A stretch of DNA of 64,000 nt from contig JAZONS010000066.1 in the NCBI GenBank assembly GCA_045654585.1, forward strand, positions 21,369 to 85,368, read 5' to 3'. The position numbers and the translations under genes are program-made. The stretch comes from Eubacteriales bacterium. GTDB lineage: Bacteria > Bacillota > Clostridia > Oscillospirales > CAG-272. Below, in pieces: positions 36,167 to 46,259 of this stretch (position 1 is the stretch's first letter; the number at the start of each line of letters is the position of its first letter). The notes under the pieces are model-generated. The model searched no databases and was not told the origin of the DNA. It was given only the letters and a program-made list of their open reading frames with translations.

Positions 36167-38347
36167 TTATGACTTAGTTGTATTCATACCTTTTCTGGTA
36201 AGAGAGATTCTGTGCTTCTCAACGTTTACGTCCTTGATGCGAACTTCGATAATATCGCCCGTCTTGAAGAGCTCGGAGGGGTGCTTGATGAACTTATCCG
36301 ACATCTCGGAGATGTGAAGAAGTCCGTCGTGATGCACGCCGATATCAACGAAGCAACCAAAGTCAACAACGTTACGAACCGTACCCTTAAGCTGCATATC
36401 GGGCTTAAGGTCATTTATATCGAGAACGTCGGTCGAAAGAACGGGAGCGGGAGCATCGTCACGAATATCTCTGCCGGGCTTCTCAAACTCTGAGATGATA
36501 TCCTCGAGAGTAGGCTCACCGCAACCAAGCTCACGCGCGAGCTTGGCAAGGCCGTACTGAGTTACCTTGAATCTGAGGAGAGCAAGATTGTTGCTTCTTA
36601 CGTCCTCGGGAGTAAAGTCAAAGCGTTTGAGAAGGTCATCCGCGATAGCATATGACTCGGGGTGAACGCCCGTAGAATCGAATACGTCTGCGGCACCGGG
36701 AATACGAAGGAATCCTGCGCACTGAGTGAACGCCTTTTCTCCGATCTTAGGAACCTTGAGGATCTGGCGGCGGTTCTTGAACTCACCGTTTGCCTCACGG
36801 TATGCAACGATATTCTTTGCTGCGGTCATATTGATGCCCGCAACGTATGAAAGAAGCGAATAGGATGCAGTGTTGATATCAACACCTACCGCGTTAACGC
36901 AGTCCTCAACTACGCCACCGAGCGCCTCTGTAAGTCTTGCCTGCTTCATATCGTGCTGATACTGACCTACACCGATAGCCTTAGGCTCGATCTTAACAAG
37001 CTCTGCCAAGGGATCCTGAAGTCTTCTTGCAATCGAGATCGCACTTCTCTGCATTACGTCATAGTCCGGGAACTCCTCGGTAGCAACCTTGGATGCGGAG
37101 TAAACCGAAGCGCCTGCCTCGGATACAATGGTGTACTTAACGCCCTTGGGGCAAGCGGGATCACGGATAGTATCGGCAATGAACTTCTCGGACTCACGCG
37201 ATGCGGTACCGTTACCGATTGCAACTACGTCTACATTATATCTTGAAATAAGACGGATAACGTTTGCCTTAGAGCGCTCGATATCCTCTCTGGGCTTTAC
37301 AGGGTAAATAACTGCGGTATCAAGAACCTTACCGGTTTTATCAACTACCGCAAGCTTACAGCCGTGGGCATAACCGGGGTCATATCCAAGAACTGTCTTG
37401 CCCTTGATGGGGGATGCAAGAAGAAGGTTACGAAGGTTTTCTGCGAATACCTTAAGCGCGCCCTCTGCGGCATCGTCGAAGAGCGTTGTTCTTACTTCTC
37501 GCTCGATCGCGGGGAACAGAAGACGCTCGTAAGCATCCTCAAGAGTCTTCATTATATAAGGAAGCGCGGGAGACTGCTTATTAGTTACGACCTTGGATAC
37601 AAGCTGAGCAATTCCATCCTCCTCAAGAAGAGTAACCGATACCTTAAGGAATTCCTCGTTCTCACCTCTGTTTATAGCGAGAACTCTATGTCCCTTAAGC
37701 TTCTTGATAGGCTCGGAGAACTCGTAGTAATTCTCATATACGGAGGGCTCGTCTTTTGCAGCCTTGGTAGTGATAGAGCCGTGATTCATAGTGAACTCGC
37801 GGAGAAGCTTTCTTATCTCGGCATTGTTTGAAACATCCTCTGCGATAATATCGGACGCTCCCTGAAGCGCAGCGGCAACATCGGGAACCTCTTTGCCCTC
37901 TTCCTCGGAGATGAACTCTTCTGCATAAACGTCGATCGCAGGATCGTAGGAATCTCTCTGCTCCATAATGTAGTTTGCGAGAGGCTCGAGTCCCTTTGCT
38001 CTCGCGATAGAAGCTCTCGTTGTTCTCTTCGGTTTGAAGGGACGATATATATCCTCAAGCTCGACAAGCGTTGTTGCGAGCGAAAGCGCCATTTCGATTT
38101 CCGGAGTAAGCTTTTCCTGAGCATCAATAAGATTCTTTATCTCCTCTCTTCTCTCCTCAAGCTTACGAAGATAGTTAAGACGGTCGAAGAGGTCACGAAG
38201 CACAGTGTCATCAAGACTTCCCGTTACTTCCTTACGGTAACGCGAAATAAAGGGAATGGTATTACCCTCGTCAATAAGCGCGACCGTTGCAGCTACCTGC
38301 TCCTCCGTGATGTTAAATTCTTTTGCCAGTACCTTGTTAATTTCCAT
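36167..38347 (-). CDS. tex: Tex RNA-binding transcriptional accessory protein
   Basis: EGNTIPFISRYRKE, AIGNGTASRE, RRLQDPLAELVKI and C-terminal S1 domain. Confidence 0.95.
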   Translation of the reverse strand: MEINKVLAKEFNITEEQVAATVALIDEGNTIPFISRYRKEVTGSLDDTVLRDLFDRLNYLRKLEERREEIKNLIDAQEKLTPEIEMALSLATTLVELEDIYRPFKPKRTTRASIARAKGLEPLANYIMEQRDSYDPAIDVYAEEFISEEEGKEVPDVAAALQGASDIIAEDVSNNAEIRKLLREFTMNHGSITTKAAKDEPSVYENYYEFSEPIKKLKGHRVLAINRGENEEFLKVSVTLLEEDGIAQLVSKVVTNKQSPALPYIMKTLEDAYERLLFPAIEREVRTTLFDDAAEGALKVFAENLRNLLLASPIKGKTVLGYDPGYAHGCKLAVVDKTGKVLDTAVIYPVKPREDIERSKANVIRLISRYNVDVVAIGNGTASRESEKFIADTIRDPACPKGVKYTIVSEAGASVYSASKVATEEFPDYDVMQRSAISIARRLQDPLAELVKIEPKAIGVGQYQHDMKQARLTEALGGVVEDCVNAVGVDINTASYSLLSYVAGINMTAAKNIVAYREANGEFKNRRQILKVPKIGEKAFTQCAGFLRIPGAADVFDSTGVHPESYAIADDLLKRFDFTPEDVRSNNLALLRFKVTQYGLAKLARELGCGEPTLEDIISEFEKPGRDIRDDAPAPVLSTDVLDINDLKPDMQLKGTVRNVVDFGCFVDIGVHHDGLLHISEMSDKFIKHPSELFKTGDIIEVRIKDVNVEKHRISLTRKGMNTTKS

Positions 38348-38475
38348 TACAATTCTCCAATACATTTGGGATGGCTTTTATTTACTTTCATGAAAGATAA
38401 AAACAACCGTCCCGATTTTTTCACCATTCTCTATTTTATCATATTTTTTCTGATTTGTAAAGACTTTTTATTACA

Positions 38476-39186
38476 TTATTTTGCAAAGGATCTGAGAATC
38501 TCAATTTCTTCATCAGTTAGATAACGCCACTGTCCTTCTGCGAGCGATGTGTCAAGCGGAATGGTTGCAAAGCTTATGCGCTTAAGATAAATCACGGCGT
38601 TATCAAATGAAGCCACCATTCTTTTGATCTGGTGATATTTTCCTTCGGTCAAGGTTATAATGCCGCTCGCCCTTCCTTCGTCAAGAACGATTTTAGCTTC
38701 CTTACACTCGTATCCGTCAGCCAGCGTGATTCCGTCCTTAAACTTTTCCTCGGTACCCATCGGGAGCGGCTCGTCTGCCTTGAAATAATAATCCTTTGCG
38801 ACGTGGTGCTTAGGTGAAAGAAGAGTATGAGAAAGCTGACCGTCATTCGTCAAAATCATAAGACCTACCGTATCTCTGTCAAGCCTGCCTACAGGAAAAA
38901 GATCTCTTTTTCGCAGCTCTGCGGGGAGAAGCTCGGTGACTACGGGAAGCTTTGAATCCTCGGTTGCGCTGACGTAACCCGCAGGCTTATTTAACATCAC
39001 GTACGTGAATTTTGAATAGGAAAGCTCCCTTCCCTGGAACGTGACGCGCTGCCGCTCGGGATCAATATGCACAGACAGGTCGCGTACCGGTGCACCGTCA
39101 ACAAGTACGCCTCCGCTCTTCGCGATTTTTGCAGCTTCTTTTCTTGATGCTACACCAAGTTCGGAAATATATTTATCAATTCTCAT
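38476..39186 (-). CDS. rsuA: 16S rRNA pseudouridine(516) synthase, RsuA family
   Basis: MRIDK S4 domain, LNKPAGY, GRLDRDT and EGKYHQIKRM. Confidence 0.85.
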   Translation of the reverse strand: MRIDKYISELGVASRKEAAKIAKSGGVLVDGAPVRDLSVHIDPERQRVTFQGRELSYSKFTYVMLNKPAGYVSATEDSKLPVVTELLPAELRKRDLFPVGRLDRDTVGLMILTNDGQLSHTLLSPKHHVAKDYYFKADEPLPMGTEEKFKDGITLADGYECKEAKIVLDEGRASGIITLTEGKYHQIKRMVASFDNAVIYLKRISFATIPLDTSLAEGQWRYLTDEEIEILRSFAK

Positions 39187-39234
39187 AAGAAAAAAACTCC
39201 TGTGTTAGTAAATATTTGTTTGCATATTTGCCGC

Positions 39235-40074
39235 TTATGCATTATAAGACTCTCTGTATTCCGACATATTCATACCGTATTGCTTTGCAAAAAGCGCTGT
39301 GGCATAGCTTACTGTATTGAAGCCCGAATCAAGTATGATATCAAGTATTTTATGGTTTGAATTTCTAAGCATATTAGCTATATAATTCAGCCTGAGCTCA
39401 TTGATAAACTCACTCGAGCTCTTGCCGAGATGCTTTTTCAAAGAGCGCGCAAGATGCTCTCTGCTCTTTCCCGAAACCTCGGACATTTTCCTTATTCCTT
39501 CTCTGAAAAGCATCTCACTTTTCATCTTTTCGATAAGCGCGATCAGCCACTCCGGAGCTTCTGTTCCGTTCGGCTTATATCCGTAGAAAACGTCAGAAAA
39601 CAGTTTTATAAGCAAGGTACGGATAGCCGTTTTCCGCCTTTTAGTGTCCTCGGGAGATATCGCTCGTATTCTCTCCATCTCATGCTCCATCACGGAATAT
39701 TGCTCGATAGAAAGACTGACAGTCGGCGACATGGTAGAATTCATTAATGCGCGTTTCGGATAACCTTCCGCAAGATAATCAAATATCGCATCAAGCGTCG
39801 CCTTCGTAAAAGTCAGATTAAGAAAAGAAAACTGCGAATCATTTATCTTCTCATAGTTATGAGTATCCGACGCCCGTATAAACACCGCATCCATTGGATT
39901 AAGCTTGAACCTCTCTCCGTTTACGGAATGCATTGCTTCACCGTCAATCATGATAAAGATCTCATAATAATCGTGGCTGTGCTCACGGAAATATTCGGTT
40001 TTACTGTTAACATATCTATACGAGCATTCGGTCTTCATATCAACAAACCGCGCAGCCTCAAGAATTTTAGCCAT
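39235..40074 (-). CDS. AraC-family regulator (ChbR-like cupin plus HTH)
   Basis: HSHDYYE cupin; SREHLAR..INELRL..SGF..F..QYGM..SEYR. Confidence 0.9.
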   Translation of the reverse strand: MAKILEAARFVDMKTECSYRYVNSKTEYFREHSHDYYEIFIMIDGEAMHSVNGERFKLNPMDAVFIRASDTHNYEKINDSQFSFLNLTFTKATLDAIFDYLAEGYPKRALMNSTMSPTVSLSIEQYSVMEHEMERIRAISPEDTKRRKTAIRTLLIKLFSDVFYGYKPNGTEAPEWLIALIEKMKSEMLFREGIRKMSEVSGKSREHLARSLKKHLGKSSSEFINELRLNYIANMLRNSNHKILDIILDSGFNTVSYATALFAKQYGMNMSEYRESYNA

Positions 40075-40265
40075 TTTTACTCCATATCACAATAGTAGTA
40101 GTTCTGATTATATTGTTATTGTCATGAATTCTCTTTGATTATATTTGAATATTTACTTTCATAAAAAAATTATAGTCGAATAATATTTTATCACAATAAA
40201 GATAGAAAATCAAGTCATATTATTATAAAATTAAAGCAAGATATTCTTTTATAAGGAGAACCACC

Positions 40266-43200
40266 ATGGCAGATGCAATGAATAAAATCAGAATGGCTCT
40301 TGAAAATCTAAAGATGGCAACAAGCGTCGCGCTATACAATGTCGACGGTCTTACAGCTATCGAAAGCGGTTTCAAGAACTCAAATACTCCTCCCGAGGGT
40401 GAATATAAGCCTTTTACCGCTTGCAGAAAAAAATACTGTCATTATTGGATAAAGGGTACATTCGAAACCCCCGCCGCCGAGCCGGATACAGAATACTGCT
40501 TAAGAGTTGATACAGGCCTTTCGGGCTGGGATGCTCTCAATCCTCAGGCGCTTCTCTTTCTGAACGGAAATATAGTCCAAGGTATAGATCTTAATCACAA
40601 GGAAAACGTAATTGAGCCCTCAACGCATTACGATATGCTTTCATATTGGTATACGGCAGAAAGGGAGTATTTCGGAATCAGCTATACCGTCGTTAAGATC
40701 TACACAAAGGTAGAAAAACTTTATTACGATCTCGTGGTTCCGTTCGAAGCATGCACCAAGGTTTACGACGTGCATTCCGCGGAATACCACAAGACTCTCG
40801 GCCTTCTTGAGATGGCAATCAATATCCTTGATCTCAGAAGTATTCATTCAAAAGAATTCTTTGAAAGTGTTGAACGCGCGATCGACTTCTTCGAAAATGA
40901 ATACTACAAGAAGCTCTGCTCAACTAAAGGAAAGCCCGAAGTTATCTGCCTCGGTCACACGCATATTGACGTTGAATGGCGTTGGTCAAGATACGTTACA
41001 AAGGAAAAGATCCAGTGCAGCTTCTCAACCGCAAAGGCGCTTATGGATAAATATCCCGAGTACAAATTCATGCTCTCGCAACCGAATCTTTATCAGTATC
41101 TCAAGGATGAAGCTCCCGAAAAATACGATGAACTTAAATCACTCGTAAAAGAAGGAAGATGGGAGCCTGAAGGCTCAATGTACGTTGAATGCGACTGCAA
41201 TCTTACTTCGGGTGAAAGCCTTGTTCGTCAGCTTCTTTACGGTAAAAAATTCTTCAAGGATGAATTCGGTAAAGAATCGAAGGTGCTCTTCCTCCCCGAC
41301 GTTTTCGGATACAGCGCTGCTTTGCCCCAGATACTCAAAAAATCAGGAGTTGACTATTTCGTAACATCAAAGATTAGCTGGAACGATACAAACACAGTTC
41401 CTCATGATACATTTATATGGCAAGGTATTGACGGCACGGAAATATTTACGACCTTCATTTCCGGTCAAAGATATTCAAAAGGAAAGGCACCGTTTAGAGG
41501 CACTACTTACGTCGGAAACTGCGATCCCGATTTTATTTACGGAACATGGCATAGGCAAACAGATAAAGGATACGTTTCCTCGTCATTCAATACTTACGGT
41601 TACGGCGACGGAGGCGGAGGTCCTACCAAGGATATGCTCGAAAAATTAAAGCGCCTTATGAGAGGTCTGCCCGCTTTTCCTGTGGCAAAGAGCGAATTTC
41701 TTCTTCCCTACCTTAAAAATCTCGAAGCAGAATTTAAAGAAAACACAGAAAAATTACGTAAAGTTCCTAAGTGGATCGGCGAGTTATACCTCGAATTTCA
41801 CAGAGGTACTTACACAACAATGGCAAACAACAAACGAGGAAACAGAAGATCAGAGTTTGGACTTGCTAAAGTAGAGGCGCTTTCTTACACAGATATGCTC
41901 TTTGGCGGTTCATACGATAAAGCGCGAATTGATGAAAATTGGATAGAGGTGCTTCACGATCAGTTCCACGATATACTCCCCGGCTCATCAATCGAAGAGG
42001 TTTACATAGACAGCGCAAAGGATTACGAAAGAATTCTATCCTTCATTTCGTCCGAGAGTGAAAGCAAACTCAAATCAATAACTCAAAAACTTAACACGGA
42101 TGGCGGTATTTTCGTTTATAACGCACTTGGATTCCCACGTCGCGCTGAAATCAGAACAGACGGAAAATTCTATATCACAGATGAGATGATTCCCGCTTTC
42201 GGTTGGAAAGTTGTGAAGCCAATCTCACACGCCCCCACACTTAAAGCAGAAAATCTACGCCTTGAAAATGATTTTTACGTAGTATCATTCGATGCTGCCG
42301 GACGTATTTCTTCTCTTTTCGATAAGAGAGTTTCGCGGAACGTTTTATCCGCTCCTGCTAACGAGATAAGACTTTACGAGGACTTCCCGCACCAATACGA
42401 TGCTTGGGAGCTTGAGCACGATTATGCAACCAAGACATACACCCAGGATTCTCCTGCAACCTCGGAAATAATCTCCGACGGTGACAGAGTAGGTATTCGT
42501 TTCTCAAGAAGCTATATGAATTCCACATTCATTCAAACGGTTTGGATCTATTCGGGAAGCCCGCGAATTGATATAGAGAATGATTTCGATTGGCACGAAA
42601 AGCACCAAATACTAAAGCTTGCCTTCCCGTTTGACGTTCATTCAAATTCTGCTACCTTTGAAATACAGTACGGTCACACCGACAGGCCTACGCATCGTAA
42701 CACCAGTTGGGATCAGGCAAAATTCGAGGTCTGCGCTCACAAATGGGTAGATATTTCCGAGTCAGGTTACGGAATTTCAGTGCTTAACGATTCAAAATAC
42801 GGCTTCTCTGCCGAGGAGAGCACAATAACAGTCAGCTGCCTTCGCGGACCTACTTTCCCAAACCAAAACGCTGATATGGGTAAACATAAGTTTACAATTT
42901 CTCTTCTTCCTCACATAGGAGATATAAAAGAAGGTAAAGTTATCGAGGAGGCTTACTCTCTCAATCAACCTGTAGATTTTATCGAAATCAGCAAGCAATC
43001 CGGATTTCTTTCGGAAGAGTACTCTCTCCTGTCTTGTGACAGTGATTCGGTTATAGTTGAGGGTATAAAGCGTGCAGAAGATAGCGATGACCTTATCGTT
43101 AGACTTTATGAGGCGTATAATGCTCACTCCTCTGCTACGCTGACGCTTGGAGAAAAATTCTCAAAGGCTTATCTTTGCGATCTCATGGAGAATCCAATCA

Positions 43201-43280
43201 GGGAGATTTTGATTACAGACAATAGCGTTACTCTTCCTATGAATAACTTCGAGATCGAAACTTTAAGATTCGTAAAGTAA
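40266..43280 (+). CDS. Alpha-mannosidase, GH38
   Basis: GHTHIDVEW, GESLVRQ, LPDVFGY, YGYGDGGGGP, ELYLEFHRG and QFHDILPG. Confidence 0.93.
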   Translation: MADAMNKIRMALENLKMATSVALYNVDGLTAIESGFKNSNTPPEGEYKPFTACRKKYCHYWIKGTFETPAAEPDTEYCLRVDTGLSGWDALNPQALLFLNGNIVQGIDLNHKENVIEPSTHYDMLSYWYTAEREYFGISYTVVKIYTKVEKLYYDLVVPFEACTKVYDVHSAEYHKTLGLLEMAINILDLRSIHSKEFFESVERAIDFFENEYYKKLCSTKGKPEVICLGHTHIDVEWRWSRYVTKEKIQCSFSTAKALMDKYPEYKFMLSQPNLYQYLKDEAPEKYDELKSLVKEGRWEPEGSMYVECDCNLTSGESLVRQLLYGKKFFKDEFGKESKVLFLPDVFGYSAALPQILKKSGVDYFVTSKISWNDTNTVPHDTFIWQGIDGTEIFTTFISGQRYSKGKAPFRGTTYVGNCDPDFIYGTWHRQTDKGYVSSSFNTYGYGDGGGGPTKDMLEKLKRLMRGLPAFPVAKSEFLLPYLKNLEAEFKENTEKLRKVPKWIGELYLEFHRGTYTTMANNKRGNRRSEFGLAKVEALSYTDMLFGGSYDKARIDENWIEVLHDQFHDILPGSSIEEVYIDSAKDYERILSFISSESESKLKSITQKLNTDGGIFVYNALGFPRRAEIRTDGKFYITDEMIPAFGWKVVKPISHAPTLKAENLRLENDFYVVSFDAAGRISSLFDKRVSRNVLSAPANEIRLYEDFPHQYDAWELEHDYATKTYTQDSPATSEIISDGDRVGIRFSRSYMNSTFIQTVWIYSGSPRIDIENDFDWHEKHQILKLAFPFDVHSNSATFEIQYGHTDRPTHRNTSWDQAKFEVCAHKWVDISESGYGISVLNDSKYGFSAEESTITVSCLRGPTFPNQNADMGKHKFTISLLPHIGDIKEGKVIEEAYSLNQPVDFIEISKQSGFLSEEYSLLSCDSDSVIVEGIKRAEDSDDLIVRLYEAYNAHSSATLTLGEKFSKAYLCDLMENPIREILITDNSVTLPMNNFEIETLRFVK

Positions 43281-43411
43281 TTACATTTAGATTTTTAACC
43301 GTTCCGTTGGTTTTTCCGCGGAGCGGTTTTTTAAAAATGTGCTTTTTTATCTTTACTTTTTTTATTTTTAGAGTTATAATTGATATGACAAATAAAAAAG
43401 GAGATTTCACC

Positions 43412-45664
43412 ATGAAATTTTTAAAAGCTCTACTATGTTCAACTCTTTTGATTTCGCTTATGATTCTCACGCTTACGGCATGCGGCCCTGTAAGCCCCGG
43501 GGCTCTTGAAGAATGGCTTACCGAGATGCTCGGCGAAGACAATCCTATCGTAAACTTCTTTGATAAGATTACGGGCGGAGAAAACACCGATGAGCCTTCA
43601 GATGATGACGGTGACGGAACAACTAACGTACCCGACGACGAAAACGGAAATCAAAACAACAATCCCGATAACGGCAACACCGACGATACGCCCGGAAATA
43701 ACGATAACGAAAACACCGATAACAACGACGAAGAAACCATAACGTACATAACCATCGCGGAAGCTCTCGAGCTTTGCGGCGAGCCCGGCAACATTACCGA
43801 GGAAAGATACTATATAAGAGCAACTATCAAGTCTATAAGCAACCCGACCTACGGAGCAATGATGATCCACGACTCCACAGGCGAGATATACGTATACGGT
43901 ACGTATTCCGAGGACGGCTCGATTGGTTATGCGGATTTCGAATACAGACCTGTTAAGGGCGACGAGGTAGTTCTCTACTGCATACTTCAGAATTATGACG
44001 GAACAAAGGAAATCAAAAACGCCCGCCTTATTGAGTATAAAAAAGGTGAGCTTGACCTCAACGAAGCTGATTATACCGATATGACCATAGATTCCGCAAG
44101 AGCTGCCAAGAAGGGAGATAAAATCAAGCTTGACGGCGTTGTTGCGGCAATGACGTATGCAAACGGCTTTATTCCAAGCGGATTCATACTTGTCGATGAT
44201 ACATCTTCTATTTACATTTATGACAGAGACGTTGCGGCTCAGGTTTCGGTTGGAAACACCGTGACAGTTATAGGAACCAAAGATTATTGGATTCTTGACA
44301 CCGAGCAGACAAGCGCAGAAAAATTCGGTTACGAAGGATGCAGTCAGCTCGCAGAGGCAAGACTTCTTGCAAACGATAATGGCAATACAGCCTACAATAC
44401 GTCTTGGATCGAAGAAACAACAATCAAGGATATCATGGAATATCCTTTATCCGATAATATTACCACAAAAATATTCAAGGTAAACGCTCTCGTCAAGAAA
44501 GCTGACGGCACCGGATTTACCAATTATTATTTTGACGATCTTGACGGAGTTACCGGTTCTTACACTTACACTCAGTGCAACGGAAATGATTTTGCATGGC
44601 TTGATGAGTTTGATGGCAAAATTTGTACCGTTTATCTCACGGTAATCAACGCTAAGTCGACCGCGTCCGATTGCATTTACCGTTTCCTTCCCATAACCGT
44701 AATTGACGAAAACTACGTTTTCGATACAACTAAAGCTCCCGAATTTGCTGTTGAATACTACGGATTAAAGAACTTCTTTGATAAATATACGGGCGATCCC
44801 GCGTCGGAGATAACTACAAGCGTTTCCTCGGAGCTTCTTGGATTCGAAAACGTTATTCTCACGTATAGTTCCGATAATACAAATTCCGTTTACTTCACCG
44901 AAGAAAACGGTACAACCGTATTCCACTGCGGTAAATCAGGTACTGCAAACGTAACGATCAGCGCAACGCTTGGTGATAACACTTACTCAACAACTATCAG
45001 CATCACAGTCGAAACAGCTACCGAAGAGCTTAATTACATCTCGGTAAAGGAAGCTATCGCGGCAAACGTTGGTGACAAGGTAACAGTTAAAGGCATAGTT
45101 GGTCCCTCGCTCGTTAACAAGATAGGATTCTATCTCTTCAACGGATCGGACATGATCGCGGTACTTACAACCGAGGCTGTCATGGAAACACTCGAGATAG
45201 GATACGAGATCGTTATCGAAGCAGACAGAGACAGATTCTATAAAGATACAACAAAGCAATACGGTCAGACTTGCCTAAACAACGCAACCGTAATCGCAAA
45301 TTATTACGGAAGCCACGAGTACAGCACCGAAGGCTTTGTTACCGATAAGACTATGGCGGATTATTACAATCTCGATGTAATGACAGATTACTCAACCACA
45401 GTTTTTGTACTTACAGGAAAAGTAATCTTCGAGCAAACGCCCCACTACACTTCAGTTAAGTTCAAAAGCGAAGACGGTGAAACCACACTCACTCTTTACT
45501 GCTCCGGAGCAGGACAGTATTCATGGCTCAACGACTATTCGGATCAGGTAATGACGTTCGAGGTCGCTGCTTGCAACTGGAACGGAAAAACTTTCTATGC
45601 AGGATGCATCATAGCTGCATATACAGACAACGGAAAGATTTACAACGAGCTCAATTTTAAGTAA
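43412..45664 (+). CDS. Lipoprotein with multiple OB-fold-like repeats
   Basis: Lipobox LTAC; D/N-rich linker; repeats TIAEAL, TIDSAR, TIKDI and SVKEAI followed by G.V...D.TG.IYVY. Confidence 0.7.
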   Translation: MKFLKALLCSTLLISLMILTLTACGPVSPGALEEWLTEMLGEDNPIVNFFDKITGGENTDEPSDDDGDGTTNVPDDENGNQNNNPDNGNTDDTPGNNDNENTDNNDEETITYITIAEALELCGEPGNITEERYYIRATIKSISNPTYGAMMIHDSTGEIYVYGTYSEDGSIGYADFEYRPVKGDEVVLYCILQNYDGTKEIKNARLIEYKKGELDLNEADYTDMTIDSARAAKKGDKIKLDGVVAAMTYANGFIPSGFILVDDTSSIYIYDRDVAAQVSVGNTVTVIGTKDYWILDTEQTSAEKFGYEGCSQLAEARLLANDNGNTAYNTSWIEETTIKDIMEYPLSDNITTKIFKVNALVKKADGTGFTNYYFDDLDGVTGSYTYTQCNGNDFAWLDEFDGKICTVYLTVINAKSTASDCIYRFLPITVIDENYVFDTTKAPEFAVEYYGLKNFFDKYTGDPASEITTSVSSELLGFENVILTYSSDNTNSVYFTEENGTTVFHCGKSGTANVTISATLGDNTYSTTISITVETATEELNYISVKEAIAANVGDKVTVKGIVGPSLVNKIGFYLFNGSDMIAVLTTEAVMETLEIGYEIVIEADRDRFYKDTTKQYGQTCLNNATVIANYYGSHEYSTEGFVTDKTMADYYNLDVMTDYSTTVFVLTGKVIFEQTPHYTSVKFKSEDGETTLTLYCSGAGQYSWLNDYSDQVMTFEVAACNWNGKTFYAGCIIAAYTDNGKIYNELNFK

Positions 45665-45704
45665 TATGTAAATAGTTGTTGTCAAAATTACAAAGGAGAA
45701 CACA

Positions 45705-46034
45705 ATGACTATCAACGAATATCAAAAACTCGCAATGAAAACTCTCAATCCGGAGCTTGAAGAAAAAGATATTCTGATCAACGGAGTTATGGGACTCTGC
45801 GGAGAATCCGGTGAGGTTATTGACATAGTTAAAAAATGGCTTTCTCAAGGGCACGATCTTGATCGCGATAAAATCATTAAAGAGCTCGGAGATGTTGCGT
45901 GGTACATTGCCGAAATTGCACACGTGCTTGGGGTACCGCTTGAAGAAGTGCTTAAGAAGAACATCGATAAGCTCAAAGCTCGTTACCCTGAAGGTTTCTC
46001 TGTTGATAACTCGCTCAACAGAAAAGACGATTGA
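45705..46034 (+). CDS. MazG-like NTP pyrophosphohydrolase
   Basis: GLCGESGEV.D..KK, ELGDVAWY and KLKARYP. Confidence 0.88.
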   Translation: MTINEYQKLAMKTLNPELEEKDILINGVMGLCGESGEVIDIVKKWLSQGHDLDRDKIIKELGDVAWYIAEIAHVLGVPLEEVLKKNIDKLKARYPEGFSVDNSLNRKDD

Positions 46035-46057
46035 TAATTAATACAGCATTATATTTG

Positions 46058-46089
46058 ACCGCCTCAGGCAAAAGCTTGAGGCGGTTTTT
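46058..46089 (+). terminator. Intrinsic terminator
   Basis: ACCGCCTCAGGC-AAAA-GCTTGAGGCGGT followed by TTTT. Confidence 0.75.
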
Positions 46090-46182
46090 CTGTCATTTAT
46101 TGAAAATGCTCAAAATTCGACAGGATAATTGTATAAAATGTTTAATTAATTATTTTAAATATTAATTTATAATTATTTGTTC

Positions 46183-46211
46183 TTGAAATTTGCATTTCCC
46201 CATGTTATACT
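46183..46211 (+). promoter_or_regulatory. Sigma-A promoter of the polysaccharide locus
   Basis: TTGAAA-17-TATACT with extended TG. Confidence 0.6.
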
Positions 46212-46259
46212 ATCAGTTGGTTTATTATTAAATATTTTAACTATATGCGGGAGCATTTT

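Noticed and set aside
38368-38413. Hairpin in the tex leader as a riboswitch
   Set aside because: It is a single imperfect stem with no recognisable aptamer or alternative terminator.
45705-46034. MazG-like gene as an anti-phage defence or prophage marker
   Set aside because: No phage, toxin or defence genes are nearby, and stand-alone housekeeping members of this family are common.
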